Below, piece after piece: positions 1 through 12,607 of a stretch of DNA of 64,000 bases; within the stretch, counting starts at the first letter, position 1, and every line of letters starts with the position of its first letter. The notes under the pieces are model-generated. The model was given only the letters and a program-made list of their open reading frames with translations. It was not told the origin of the DNA and made no database searches. The translations under genes and the position numbers were made by a program. The stretch spans positions 1,674,001-1,738,000 of the forward strand of contig OZ218961.1 of assembly GCA_965112735.1 (NCBI GenBank), written 5' to 3'. This DNA is from Phaeosaccion multiseriatum (taxonomy: Eukaryota; Protista; Ochrophyta, other classes).

Positions 1-1951
1 CTCTCCATTGGTTTCGCGGGGTCCGTCAACCCCAATCTTTTCGCCTCCTCCCTTCTCCACCCCGCCTGGTTGTGGCGTCGCTGCGGCGGTGGCGGGATCT
101 TTTAGGCTGGGGGGTGAAAGATCCTTCCGCTTTGGTCCTGATGGTGATGAGCGCCCCGCGTATCGTATGGGACGCAGATGCAGCAGATGAGAGCCCGGCG
201 TATCGTATTGGATGGAGATGCAGCAGTGCGGATGGCCTTAGAGGGGGCTTTCAGGGGGGGAGGCATCGTGTTGGAAGCAGCAGCGCGCAGGGGGGGGAGG
301 AGCCATCCGGTACTCGCTACCCTACCGGGATTGAAGGGGATTGAGAGCTGGAGCCTGACTTCATGGTAGACACCTTCTCGATCTACGGGAGGAAGGGTTG
401 GTGGACTTTTCTCTTCTTTCGAGCGCCACAATAATAGCAACGCGAGTAGCAGCAGCAGCTACGAGTGATCCCGTCCGGCCTGTCGCTTCAGCCGGAGAGT
501 ACGGGCGCATGGACAGTGGGTGTAGTGGCAGTTAGTGCTATGGTGACGAACGGACAGATGGGAGGTGGCATTGTTTTCCTCTTCCTCGCCCCTGGAGACG
601 TTTTGCGTAGATGTGGGAGAAGGGCGGCAGCAGAAGTGAGTGAATAGGGACTCTCAGCCAAGCAGCAAGAGCCTCAGCAGCCACGGCGAGGGCGGAGTTC
701 GTGAGTGTGACAGCCGCGGTCGCATGGATGCGGAGGCAGGTATTCGGGCTATTGGAAGGAGCCGGTGGGCTCTGCTTTGGTGGTGGTTGGCGCCTTGAGT
801 AGGTGGCGTGTGCAGCGGCTGTTCTACCTGTGACCATAACAGAGAAGCGACGTACAACAGAAGGGGCGCAGCGAGCAAGGAAGGCATGGGTCGGTGGGAG
901 ACGGCAGTGAGTGTTTACAGCGCTTGCCTCCCTGACGACACAGCAGCATCTATAGAGTGGCCATCTACGTATTGTAGGGACAGGGCACTACGCTTGGGGG
1001 GGTTGCGGAGAGTGGGCAATCGAGCCATGTAGCTACTTATCTGCAATGGGCGGCGGCGGAGTGGCATTTGGTCATCCACAACAGCTGTGGAGTGAGGGTT
1101 GGGGCCTGCCTGTGCTGCGATAGTCGGATAAGGGATTTTTCGGGGTGCGTGGCACTTGAGCGGTGCGAACGAAGAAAATGGGCGAGAGCAGGCAATAGGT
1201 TTTGCTATGCTTGCGCGACTTACTGGGGGTGGTAAGGATGGCATATCCTCGTGCCAGAGTGCCCGGTGGTCGATGCTTTGGGGCAGCAGGGCTTGAGATC
1301 TTGGGCTTGTTCGTTTTGCAGGTCGACAGCAGCGAGGTGTTTTGCACTCGGTCTTTTGTCGGCCGGGTACTGCGGAAGTCCGCAGCGGACGGTTGGAATA
1401 GCAGTGAGGGGGTATCGGCACGGTGTATGCAGAAGGGCCGCGTCTACGAATTGATGTTCTAGGAGCTTGGTGCGAAAAACATAAGTGCGGCTGTTGGGGC
1501 ATTTTCTGTTTTTCTGCCGGGGTTGGTTCTATGGGATTTTTGGATCTGTGATTCCGAAAAGAATTTCAATTTGGCTAATTGAGCGACCTTGGACCTGCGG
1601 CGATGGCGAGTCTTTTAGATTGGGGGGTGAAAGATCCCTCCGTCTTGGTCCGTCATTGGAGCAGGTGATGCAGAGAGCGCCGACTATCGTAGTCGGAGGA
1701 CTCCGCGCGGCTATAGCGGTGATGGAGGAGGGAGTAGAGCTGCGCCGCTTCTCTCTCACTTTTACTGATGGCTCTGAAGGTGGGGACACAACAGATTGGT
1801 AGCGACATAGCGGCGGCGACTGGTGGCTTCTCCAGTCCAAGGTGGGCCTGGGCCACAGCATCTCAGCACGCGTGCAGGACGCCATGCGCTGGGCAGGGCG
1901 CAGTAGGATACATGCAGACACGGCTGCGCCCAAGGGACTTTGGGTGAATAT

Positions 1952-2172
1952 GGGGGATGAGCGGCTCCTCGGAACCGCTGCCCCCAAAGGCCCGTGCTCG
2001 CCCCCGTCAGGGAAGCGACACCCCGGAGACACTGTGTGCCCCGAGGTGAGTCCCTTTCAGGACTGCACTCTTAATGAAAAGTTTATCCCCCAACGTTGGC
2101 GACGACTGGATGAGGAGGAGCGAGGCCTCTCAATGGGTACCCAGTTTCGATTGAGCGCAACGACTGCGAGAA
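1952..2172 (+). repeat. 221-bp direct repeat, copy B1 (identical to 2759-2979; first ~82 bp also at 11804-11885)
   Basis: Base-by-base comparison shows identity. Lies directly after the YR relic. Confidence 0.9.
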
Positions 2173-2758
2173 CGCTGCTTCAGCAGCGAAGCCACGGAAG
2201 TTCTGTTCTCGCAGAGTGGAGTCGACGGAGAAACAGGGTATTGAGAGCCGAGGAGGGGGGAGCGTGAGCGCGTGTGCGTGGACCCCGAGGGAGCTGGTAG
2301 GATAGAAAGTATATTTATGGCAGCAGATGGAAAACAGCGGATTTGGATTTTCTGCTGGAGCTCAGAAGAGGAGGAGCCCTGCTGTACTCGCCACGCTACC
2401 GTGATTGGAGGAGATCGAGAGCAGGTGCGGGAGCGTGTACAAGCAGGGAGGAGAGTAGAGACTGATGGTGTAGGAAAGCAAGGGTCGCAGTAGGGCCCGA
2501 CTGCTTCTCTTGTGAGGGTGAAGATGCTGTGTGCTTACTTGTGTCATGCTACCTGTCGCAAACACATGAGGTGCCCCCAATGCTAACTGTCGCAAGGGCT
2601 TGCGCTACGCACACGCATCTAGTAGAAGTTTGAGAGCCTGGGCTTGATTACGTGTGTGAAGATGGTCCTCACGTCTAGCCCAAGGTTTTTTCTTTTCCAC
2701 CCACCCACCCATCTAGATTAGTTTTAGTACTGGGTAGTTAGATACTCAGTAGTTAAGG

Positions 2759-2979
2759 GGGGGATGAGCGGCTCCTCGGAACCGCTGCCCCCAAAGGCCC
2801 GTGCTCGCCCCCGTCAGGGAAGCGACACCCCGGAGACACTGTGTGCCCCGAGGTGAGTCCCTTTCAGGACTGCACTCTTAATGAAAAGTTTATCCCCCAA
2901 CGTTGGCGACGACTGGATGAGGAGGAGCGAGGCCTCTCAATGGGTACCCAGTTTCGATTGAGCGCAACGACTGCGAGAA
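2759..2979 (+). repeat. 221-bp direct repeat, copy B2
   Basis: Identical to 1952-2172 (offset 807). Confidence 0.9.
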
Positions 2980-3356
2980 TGAGCCAATGCCTGGACTGGG
3001 CATGTTGTGACCAGCAAACGCGTCGTTCGGGCTGTGTGTGCCTACCAAATATGCCAAATGTTCGGGCTGTGTGTGCCTACCAAATATGCCAAATGCCGGC
3101 TTTGGGCTTTGGGCGTCTTTGCCGACAGATTGGGCCATTTGACCCCGCTGCTTCAGGAGTGAAGCCACGGAAGTTCTGTTCTCGCAGAGTGGAGTCGACG
3201 GAGAAACATGTTATTGAGAGCCGAGGGGTAGGTTGTGGAGCGTGAGCGCGTGCGCGTGGACCCCGAGGGAGCTGGCTGGTAGGGTAGAAAGATAGTTGTG
3301 GCAGCAGATGGAAATCAACGGATTTGGATTTTCTGCTGGAGCTCAGAAGAGGTGCT

Positions 3357-3578
3357 TGTGGAGGTATGCTCACAAATGTCGTCAGTTCATAGTTTCAGTT
3401 TCTTCGTTCAGTTTCAGTTTCCTTTTAGTTCTTTCCATCTCCTAAAATATTACTTCATCTCTCGTCCTTTCGTTTTCTCACGAGTGCTCCACCTCTGGTG
3501 GATAGCGACTGACCTCCTGCTATGTGCAGGTAGGGTCTATTGCTATTGGTAGTCATCCTTTCAGTGCACGACTCCACA
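3357..3578. mobile_element. 222-bp solo-LTR-like insertion (TGTGGAG...CTCCACA) with 4-bp TSD TGCT
   Basis: TG..CA termini with a 7-bp inverted repeat; TGCT at 3353-3356 and 3579-3582; absent from the paralogous site at ~2352-2385. Confidence 0.75.
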
Positions 3579-3868
3579 TGCTGGAGCTCAGAAGAGGGCT
3601 GTACTCGCCACCCTACCGTGATTGAAGGAGATAGAGAGCAGGTGCGGGAGCGTGTACAAGCAGGGAGGAGAGTAGAGACTTTTTCTCTTCTTTTTCTTTT
3701 TTTTTTCTTGCTTGTGTCATGCTACCTGTTTGAGGTGCCCCCAATGCTAACTGTCGCAAGGGCTCGCGCTACGCACACACATCCAGTAGAAGTGAGAGAC
3801 CCTTTGCCTGGCGGTGGCGGGATCTTTTAGGTTATTATGGGGGGTGAAAGATCCTTCAGCCTTGGTCC

Positions 3869-4133
3869 TGTTGCCCTTGCATGCCTGTGCATCGATATAG
3901 CGATCACAATATAGCATGCTATAGGCATATAGGCTCAAATGCCTCCACCCCTGGGGACCTGATACTTGAATGGTATCTGGATCGCCCTCTCACTCTTCTA
4001 GATAAGCACTCTAACCTAAAGGAGACACAGGCCTCTGATTTGGACTGTGGCAAGGCCTCCAACTATTCCAGCACTTGCATCTCTTATTGGTTAGGTTGTT
4101 AGTCGCTTGCTAGCAATAGCGAGACTGGTTACA
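3869..4133 (+). repeat. 5' LTR (265 bp)
   Basis: Identical to 9887-10151; TG...CA termini. Confidence 0.96.
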
Positions 4134-4194
4134 GAAAAGCTTTTCTTTCGAAAGACCAAGACTAGAGAAAGAACTCATTACGTTGGCTACATGC

Positions 4195-4302
4195 ATGGAT
4201 AGCTCTGTTAAGGACTTAAACAGCAAAGCCAGCGATCTTCATATCTGGGACTTCGGCGAAGAAGAAGCCAACATGGCAAAGAAGAAGTCGGAGTCAAAGA
4301 AA

Positions 4303-4349
<47 letters not shown>

Positions 4350-7300
4350 GAAAGCCGCCTCGGACTCCTCAGACGACAATGGTTCAGCAGATGCGGCAAC
4401 GAATGAGGCTGCAGCTGATGAGGGGAAGGAAGGGGGTGAAGCTGGGAACGAATCTGATGAGGACAACAACGGAGATGGAGAATCTTCATCGGACCACGGA
4501 TCTGGCTCTTCATCCGGTGACGAAGGTGGTAAACGAATGTCTGCCCCTTCTGACGGATCTCAGCAGTCGTTGATAACCCCAACAATGACTGCAGCTTCCC
4601 ATGTTCCCGTGATCATGGGAAACACTGTAGAGTGCCCTAAGCTTCCTAAGGCCAAAAGCACTTTGCACACTCATTCTCAGTATGGGGACTATCATCACGT
4701 CTATTGGGCGTACTTGAGGCAGCTGGATGGCATTGAAGCTAAGCTGCGTCCAAACCCCGTACCCCTGAGTGCTCTTCTCCCTGAATCCAAGCTCCAAGCG
4801 CTTTGCATGGAACATGGTCCTCAAGGACGAACTCAAGCCTTCTTGTTAGAGTTTCTTCGCTCTTGTGCTGAACCTACCGCTGCTGAGGGCACTGGCTCAA
4901 AGTTCCAAGCCGACTTGCGAGGTGTCAAGCTGTGGGATGTGTCTGGTAACACTCAGTCGAATGGCACCGGCACTATCTTGGCCACAATCTCTGAGGCCAT
5001 GAACACACACGGAGTGCGTTCGCAGTACTTTGATGACAATCATCAGCAGGTTAGTCGGGAGGGTACCAAACTCTTGACTACCACCTTGATCAATGCCTGC
5101 CACACTGTTCCTGGTCTGAAGGACCATCTCAATAGTCACTTTCGGCTCAAGAACGACACGCTGAAGACTTGGACTGCCTTTGTCCCTGAGTGGAAAGAGC
5201 AGATCCAGACGTTTCTTCATGTCTATCGCAGCATGTCTACTGCGGTCAAGCATGAGATTTTGCCTACTTTGGAGCAGATTGCTGAGAAGCATCACCCCAA
5301 CAAGTCTAAGAAGCAACTCAACTCTGACAAGGAGCACTCTCGACAGAAGAAGCAAGCAGCGCAAGACCGCAAGCGGTCTGCCCATGCCTCTTCCTCTGAT
5401 TCCTCCCCTCCAGGCGAGAAGGAGCCTAAGAAGCTCAAGCCTGATCAGCCTCAGCGACAGCCACGCATCTGCTTTGGATGTCAAAGTCCGGATCACAGCA
5501 TTTACAGCTGTCCCAAGGTCACCTCAGAAGCGGATCGTCGCAAAATCATGGCTGACAAGGGACTACCATGGAATCCTCCTAAGAAGGGCAAGAAGAAGGT
5601 GAGTTCTGTCTCCTCTTCTGATGCTCTTGACTCGGTGTCTGAAACTCAAACTGATGGCACCATTTCTCTCTTCTCTGCTTCTCCCACTTCTTTGCATGCT
5701 CTTGCCATGGGCACAGATATGAAGAAGATGACCATCGATTGCATGGTGGACACAGGAGCAGAGACCTTTTGCCTTTTGCCCCTCCCAGTGGCAGAGAGCA
5801 TGATCGCGGAAGGTATGGATGTGCAACTTGTCACTCTACCCAAACCCGTGCAGCTCCAACCCTTTGGTCAGAGCTCAACTCAGGTCATTGTGCAACAGCT
5901 TACTGGAATTCATTTCCACATCCAAACTGAAGCTGGACCTGTCTCTTCGCTTGCACTGCCCCCTCTCTCTGCTTTGCTATATCAGCCTCGCGAGGGAGAA
6001 ACAGCAATGTTTTACTTGGGCAAACGTCTTGCACACAAACTGGGACTCAAACTGCCTCGTGAACAGCTGAAGGAAGAAGCTGAGAGGCAGGCTGCGCGGG
6101 CAGGCTCTGATGTGCCTCAAGAACTGCGCCACTCGACTGCCACTACTGCTGAAGCAGCGACAGTGAAAGTCAGTTCTCTCCTGCAGTCTTGTACTACTGA
6201 AGAAGCTCTGCCAGCCCAGCTTGATTCGACAAGCGTCAATTTCGATATAGACAACTGGGACTCTTTCATGGATGAGGTATATCAACCACTGTATACTAGC
6301 ACTGAGGTCTTTCACATAGCCTCGGCCACATTCGACTCTCAAAGTCGGGTTGGAACTCAAACTAATGAACCCTTTTCCAGCTACGATGATCCTCTACCCG
6401 AGGTGTCCGACTCTCCATGTCTTGAAGAAAATCTCATCAAGCAAAGTCTCCTTCCCATCGTAGAGAAAGCTGCATTAAACGGCTTCACTGACTCAGACGC
6501 GCTCTATGAGGTTCTCACCTCCCATCCTCAAGTGTGGCGAAGCAAAGTGCTTATGCACGATCCACCGGCCAAGGTAGATCCCATGGTCATTCGACTCAAG
6601 GAGGGAGCGGAACCCATCTGTCAACTTCCCATCTACCAATCGGGAGCTCGGAGAGACTTCCTCAAAGACTTCACCGATCAACTGACACAGTTCGGGTACC
6701 ACTACGCGAACCCTCAAGCTGTGTGGGCTAGCCGTGCCTTCTGCATCGCCAAGCCGGGCAAACCAGGCCAATTTCGGCAAGTGGCCGACTATCAAGAGGT
6801 CAATATGCGCACCCTTCGCTCGCGCTTCCCCATGCCAAACCTTAGCGAAATTTGCGCTAGGATGAGGGGGGCTCGCTTCTTTTGTGAGCTAGACCTCGCC
6901 AACATGTTTTGGCAACTCCCTTTGGCTCTCCAAAGCCAGGAGATTCTGACCTACTGCACTCCGGATGGGAAATTCACTCCCACCAGAGTCACTCAAGGCA
7001 TTCTCAATGCCAGCGAGTTTGCTCAGAGCACTCTGTCCAAGTGCCTCAGCGAGCACTTTGGCACCAACCTCGTCACTTGGATCGACAACATTACCATTTG
7101 GGCACACACGGAGGAGGAGTTCCGCTCCATTCTCCAGTCTGTGCTTGATGCTCTCGCCAAGGCTGGCTTCAAGCTTGGCCTCTCTGGCATCTCTCTAGGG
7201 AACTCTCAGAAGTTCTGTGGCAAGATCTATGACGGGGAAGGGGTTAAGCATGACCCTGCCAAGATCCAGGGCTTACTCGACCTCGAGCCACCTCAAAATG

Positions 7301-9768
7301 GGGCTGAGCTCATTCAATTCACTGCTGCATGTGGTTGGATGAGAGACAGCATTCCCGAATTTGCACGCATCGTCGCTCCTCTTTTGGAGCTGCAACACAG
7401 CGTCTTCAACAAGGCAGCGGCCAATCGCCAACAGCGTCGCCATCCTGAAACTGCCTCTACTGCAACTCCTCGCACAAAGCGTGTTGCTCGCTCCATCTCC
7501 CTCTCTTCTGTGGGGTGGGGCCCTACACATACGGCCGCCTTTCAAGAGATGAATGACGCGCTGGCTACTCAGACCAAGCTTGCTTATCCTGATCCCGACA
7601 AGGCCCGCTGTATCTTTCCAGATGCAAGCAACCCTCACTGGGGCAATGTGGTCACTCAGATTCCTACAGAGGACTTAGGCAAGCCAGTGGCCCAACAACG
7701 TCATGAACCTCTTGCTTGGCTCAGCGGTAGTTATACCGGCGCCCAGTGCAACTATGCCACCATCGACAAGGAGGCTTTTGCTATTTTGCAAGTCTTTGAG
7801 CGCCTCCCGTGGCTAGTCTCTGGGGTGCATCTCTTCATCTACACTGATCATCGCAACCTACAGTATTGCTTCAGGCCGAGCAGCATCATCAGCGATGTGC
7901 ACAAGCCTTCACGCGAGCGCTTACAGCGTTGGTCAGTCTTTCTTTCGGGCTTCGACTACGAAATTGCCCACTTGAGCGGAGAATTGAATGTGTGGGGTGA
8001 TATCATGTCGCGCTTCCGCTCACTCCCCAACTCTCCACCTGTCTCTGTCGATCCTTCTAGTGATGACACAGTGCACGTGGCAGCCCTGACGCGCAGCTTC
8101 GCTCCGGGTGCTATTCATGACTCTATGGACAGTGACTTCCTATGGCCCTCCATGGATGAGCTACGCTCTTCACAAGCAGCTGCTCAAGGAGACCTCACTC
8201 TTGAGGACCTCGCCAAGGCCCAAAGTCTCAAGTCCATTGTTCTGGATCCAATCCAAAACGTTCTTGTCATTCCCCTTTCGGAAACCTCCAACCCAATTTG
8301 GGTACCCAATGACGACATTGACCTACAGGTCCGACTTGCAGTTATCGCCCATCAAGGGTCTGCAGGCCATCGTGCCATTGACGTCACTCTGACAGTCCTT
8401 TCTGAGCGCTTCTACTGGAGCACAATGGCAAACAATGTTCAGAGCTTTGTCAATCATTGTCTTCATTGCCTTACCAACTCTAGTGGCCACCGCATTCCGC
8501 GACCACTCCGTGGATCAGTGCACCCCACCAAGCCTAACCAGATGATTCATTTTGATTTCGTCCACATGCATGACTTGGGCTGCACCACCTTGCCATATCT
8601 TCTCGTCATTCAAGACGCCTTCAGTGGTTACACCATGCTCAATGAGTGTGCCACCCCTACAGCGGACGCCGCAGTCAGCGGACTGATGCGATGGTTCAGC
8701 ACCTTTGGTGTGGTAACCAAATGGCAAAGCGACCGTGGTAGTCACTTCCTCAACCATGTGATGAAACGCTTAGCAACTGAGCTTCGCGCCCTTCATCGAT
8801 TCTCTGCCCCTTACTCTCCTTGGAGCAATGGCTTGGCAGAGCGAGCGGTTCGCACTACAGTTTCTGTGTATCGCTCTCTTCTCTCGGAGTTTAGAATCTC
8901 CCCTGACGACTACAATCTACTTACACCTCTTGTGCAAGCTGCTATCAATACCACGATCAGCTCCACACGCAAAGAAACACCTCTCTACTTGCACACTGGT
9001 CTACGCTCGACGACACCTCTTGATATCGTCTTGCAACGAGGCGACTCCTTTGACGTCAACTTTCAGTCCACTTCGATCACTCCAGAGCAACTCCAAACTT
9101 ATGGAGCACAGCTACAAGCCGTTTTGGACGACAGACATGCTGCAGTGGCTGCTCGCTTAGAGCACTCTCGAGCGACGGCTCGCACTCGCCACAACAGACG
9201 TCTGGAACTGACCTCTCTCGGACACCAGCATCGTAGGGAAATGGCCATCTCGGCTGACCTCAATTATGAGGGCCTCTACATGCCGGGCATTTATGTTCTT
9301 GTTGCTTCTAACAGCCGCTACTCCAAGCTTTCCGGAGTCTGGCAAGGCCCCTATCGTGTACTCGAGGAGATTGACACCCTCGTTTACAAAGTGGAACATC
9401 TTGTTTCTAAGCAAACTTCTGAGGTACATGCTTGTCGCTTACGCTACTATGCCGATCAGCATCTCAACGTCACTACTCAACTCTTGCACCAGATCTCACA
9501 TGACTCTGCTTCTTGGGTTGTCTCATCCTTCACGGATCTTCAACGACCGTCGCAAGGCGATTCCTGGAAGGTCTACACCTTCTGGAAGGGCTTCAATGCC
9601 GCTGACGCTACATGGGAACCTCTGGAAGTCATGCACGACGATGTTCCTGCACTTCTTAAGGACTTTCTTTCTTCTTTCCCACGTCGCACACTGGCGGAGG
9701 ACGCTAAACGCTTCCTTCGGTCTCGTGGCATCTCGACTCGACGTCGCCCACGGACAGGCCGCCGATAA
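4195..9768 (+). CDS. Gag-Pol polyprotein (zinc knuckle, protease, RT, RNase H, integrase, chromodomain)
   Basis: CFGCQSPDHSIYSC knuckle; VDTGA protease; ELDLANMFWQ and WIDN RT motifs; PDAS/DKEAFAI/TDHRNL RNase H; H-x6-H...CLHC and D,D,E integrase; WQGPY; C-terminal FWKGFNAADATWEPLE chromodomain. First in-frame ATG is 4195 (alternative 4273). Confidence 0.95.
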
Positions 9769-9886
9769 AGTTCCCTCACTGGGAACCCTTTTTTCGGTTT
9801 CTCTTACTCTTTGTACATGTACCCTTTTACTTTACTTCTAGATAATGGACGCTCATATTAGATGAGCTTTCTCTTTCGAGGGGAAG

Positions 9887-10151
9887 TGTTGCCCTTGCAT
9901 GCCTGTGCATCGATATAGCGATCACAATATAGCATGCTATAGGCATATAGGCTCAAATGCCTCCACCCCTGGGGACCTGATACTTGAATGGTATCTGGAT
10001 CGCCCTCTCACTCTTCTAGATAAGCACTCTAACCTAAAGGAGACACAGGCCTCTGATTTGGACTGTGGCAAGGCCTCCAACTATTCCAGCACTTGCATCT
10101 CTTATTGGTTAGGTTGTTAGTCGCTTGCTAGCAATAGCGAGACTGGTTACA
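9887..10151 (+). repeat. 3' LTR (265 bp)
   Basis: Identical to the 5' LTR, preceded by a polypurine tract. Confidence 0.96.
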
Positions 10152-12607
10152 GTCCTGATGGTGATGAGAGCCCCGCGTATAGTATTGGACGGAGATGCAG
10201 CAGTGCGGGTGGACTCAGGGGGGGGGCTTTCATGCAGGGGGGGAGGCATTGCGTGGGCAGCAGCAGCGCGCAGTGGTGTCGCTGCAGCCGGAGGGCACGG
10301 GCACACGGACGGTTGGTGTGTAGTATGGGAGTGAGTTCCATGGTGGCGAATGGATAGCTGGGAGGTGGCATTGTTTTCCTCTTCCTCGCCCCCGGAGACG
10401 TTTTGCGTGTGTGAGAAGGGCGGCAGCAGAAGTGAGTGAAAAGGGGCTCTCAGCCAATAAGCAGCAAGAGCCTCAGGAGCCACGGCGAAGGAGTTCGTGA
10501 GTGTGGCAGCGGCGGCCGCATGGATACGGAGGCAGGTGTTCGGGCTATTGCCAGGAACCGGTGAGCTCTGCTTTGATGGTGGTTGGCGCCTCGAGGTGGC
10601 GTGTGAAGCGGCTGTTCTACCTGTGGCCATAACGGAGAAGCCACGTACAACAGGAGGGGCGCAGTGAGTAAGGAAGGCATATGGGTCGTTGGCAAACGGC
10701 ATTGAGAGTACACAGCGCTTTCATCTCGGGCGACACAGCAGCATCTAGGGTGCTCATCTACGTATTAAGTGTGGGGAAAGGGCACTACGCTCGGGGGTTG
10801 CGGCAGAGAATGGGGAATCGACCCATGTAGCTACTTATCTGCAATGGGCGGCGGCGGAGTGACGTTTGGTCGTCCACAACAGCTGTGGAATGAGTGTTGG
10901 GGCCTGCATGTGCCGCAGATGGTCGGATGAGGGATTTTTTGATGTGTGGGGCACTTGAGCGGTGCGAACGAAGAAAATGGGCGAGAGAAGGCACTAGGTT
11001 TTGCTATGCTTGCGCGACTTACTTGGGGTAGTAAGGATGGCATATCCTCGTGCCAGCGTGCCCGGTGGTCGATGCTTGGGGGCAGCAGGGCTTGAGTTCT
11101 TGGGCTTGTTCCTTTTGCGGGACGACAGCAGCGAGGTGTTGTGCACTCGGTGTTTTGTCGACCGGGTCCAGCCGAAGTCCGCAGCGGACGGTTGGGATAG
11201 CAGTGGAGGGGTCTCGGCACGGTGTATACAGAAGGGCCGCGTCTACGAGTCGATGTTCTTGGAGCTTGGTGCGGAAAACATGAGTGCTCCCGTGGCGGCA
11301 TTTTCGGTTTTCTACCGGGTTGGTTCTATGGGCCTTTTGGATCTGTGATTCCGAAATGAATTTCAATTGGCGAATTGAGCGACCTTGGACCTGCGGCGAT
11401 GGGAATCTTTTAGATTGGGGGGTGAAAGATCCTTCCGTCTTGGTCCGTCATTGGAGCAGGTGATGAAGAGAGCGCCGACTATCGTATTCGGAGGGCTCCG
11501 CGGGGGCTCCCGGTGATGGAGGAGGGGGTAGAGCTGTGCCGCGTCTCTCTCACTTTCACTGATGGCTCTGAAGGTGGGAGCACCGCAGATTCGTAGCGAC
11601 ATAGCACCCATCTCGTCCCACTCACGGTGGAGCGATGAGGCTACATTGCAGCATCGGTCGTAAGCGGCGGTGACTGGCGGCTTCTCCAGTCTTAGGTGGG
11701 CCTCGGCCACAGAATTTCAGTACGCGTGCAGGAGGCTATGGGCTGGCCAGGGCGCAGAAGGATACATGCAGACACGGCTGCGCCCAAGGGACTTTGGGTG
11801 AATGGGGGATGAGCGGCTCCGCGGAACCGCTGCCCCCAAAGGCCCGTGCTCGCCCCCGTCAGGGAAGCGACACCCCGGAGACACTGCCATCAAACGCGTC
11901 GTTCGGGCTGTGTGTGCCTACCATATGTTAAATGCCGGCTTTGGGCTTCTTTGCCGACAGATTGGGCCATTTGACCCCGTCCGAGGCCCCACTTGATGCA
12001 TGCTGTTGTGGCAATGTAGTATCTGTCTTGGGCCTATGGTGCTGAGCAAATGCCAGCTGCTCCTAGCTACTCTGTCAGAGACTGGAAGGCGGACTGGTAC
12101 GTATGTTATTTGGGTGAGTTTCAGGGTGGTGGCAGCAGCACGGATGTTGTTGTTGCACGGAAATGGATGCTGGAGATTGGTGGGCAGTGGAGACAGAGGA
12201 AATATGCTCGCAAGGCCGCTTTAGGGACTGTCTGGGTGCCTTGTAGGCACACCAGTAAACACTTTAGCAGTCAGCACTAGTGGTGCGCAATGAGGCTTTG
12301 GCAACGCTGGTGGCGAGTAGGAGTGGAGACAGATATTGCGCGGGTGAGTTTGAGTCGTGGGATCTTCTCATCCGTGAGCCTGTGTGGGTGAGGTTGAGTC
12401 GTGGGATTTTCTCACCAATACAGAGGGTGTGTGTGGGAGGAGCGGTCGCACACATCAGGGTGAGTTTTGCATAATTCTCATCCGTTTTTTTCGGAAGCAG
12501 CATGGAGGCTTTTGCGACAGTCGAGCTTCAGTAGGCGAATCCGCTTGTGTTGCGCGGGGACACGCAACAGTCTTGTCAAGGGGATGTTGGAAGTGGCGGA
12601 TAGCTAT

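Larger units (their letters stand above)
72..2979 (+). mobile_element. Degenerate tyrosine-recombinase (DIRS/Ngaro-like) retroelement, copy 1 (5' end may extend beyond the window)
   Basis: Frameshifted YR C-terminus near 1800-1940 (GGDWWLLQS..RWAWATASQ..VQDAMRWAGR) aligns by eye to the clearer YR relic at 20664-20867. It is followed by a 221-bp repeat present twice. Paralogous to 3800-3868 + 10152-11885. Confidence 0.6.
3869..10151 (+). mobile_element. Full-length Ty3/Gypsy LTR retrotransposon with chromodomain
   Basis: Identical 265-bp LTRs (TGTTG...TTACA), TSD GTCC (3865-3868/10152-10155), PPT GAGGGGAAG at 9878-9886, single gag-pol ORF. The empty site GGTCCTGATGG is seen in the paralog at ~134-144. 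Confidence 0.97.
3148..11980 (+). mobile_element. Degenerate tyrosine-recombinase retroelement, copy 2, interrupted by a solo-LTR-like insert and the Gypsy element
   Basis: 3148-3800 is a diverged copy of 2173-2630. 3800-3868 + 10152-11885 is a diverged copy of ~85-2033. YR relic ISSHSRWSDEAT..GGDWRLLQS..RWASATEFQY at ~11605-11725. Confidence 0.6.

Noticed and set aside
1820-1900. Minus-strand VLHAC*DAVAQAHLGLEK read as a Gypsy integrase zinc finger
   Set aside because: The plus strand aligns much better with the tyrosine-recombinase C-terminus seen at 20664-20867.
3334-3597. 19-bp direct repeat suggesting a LINE/SINE target-site duplication
   Set aside because: The insert has TG..CA inverted ends and a 4-bp TSD and no poly(A); the longer repeat is better explained as a pre-existing tandem duplication.
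3881-4102. 73-aa ORF repeated at 9899-10120
   Set aside because: Incidental frame within the two LTRs.
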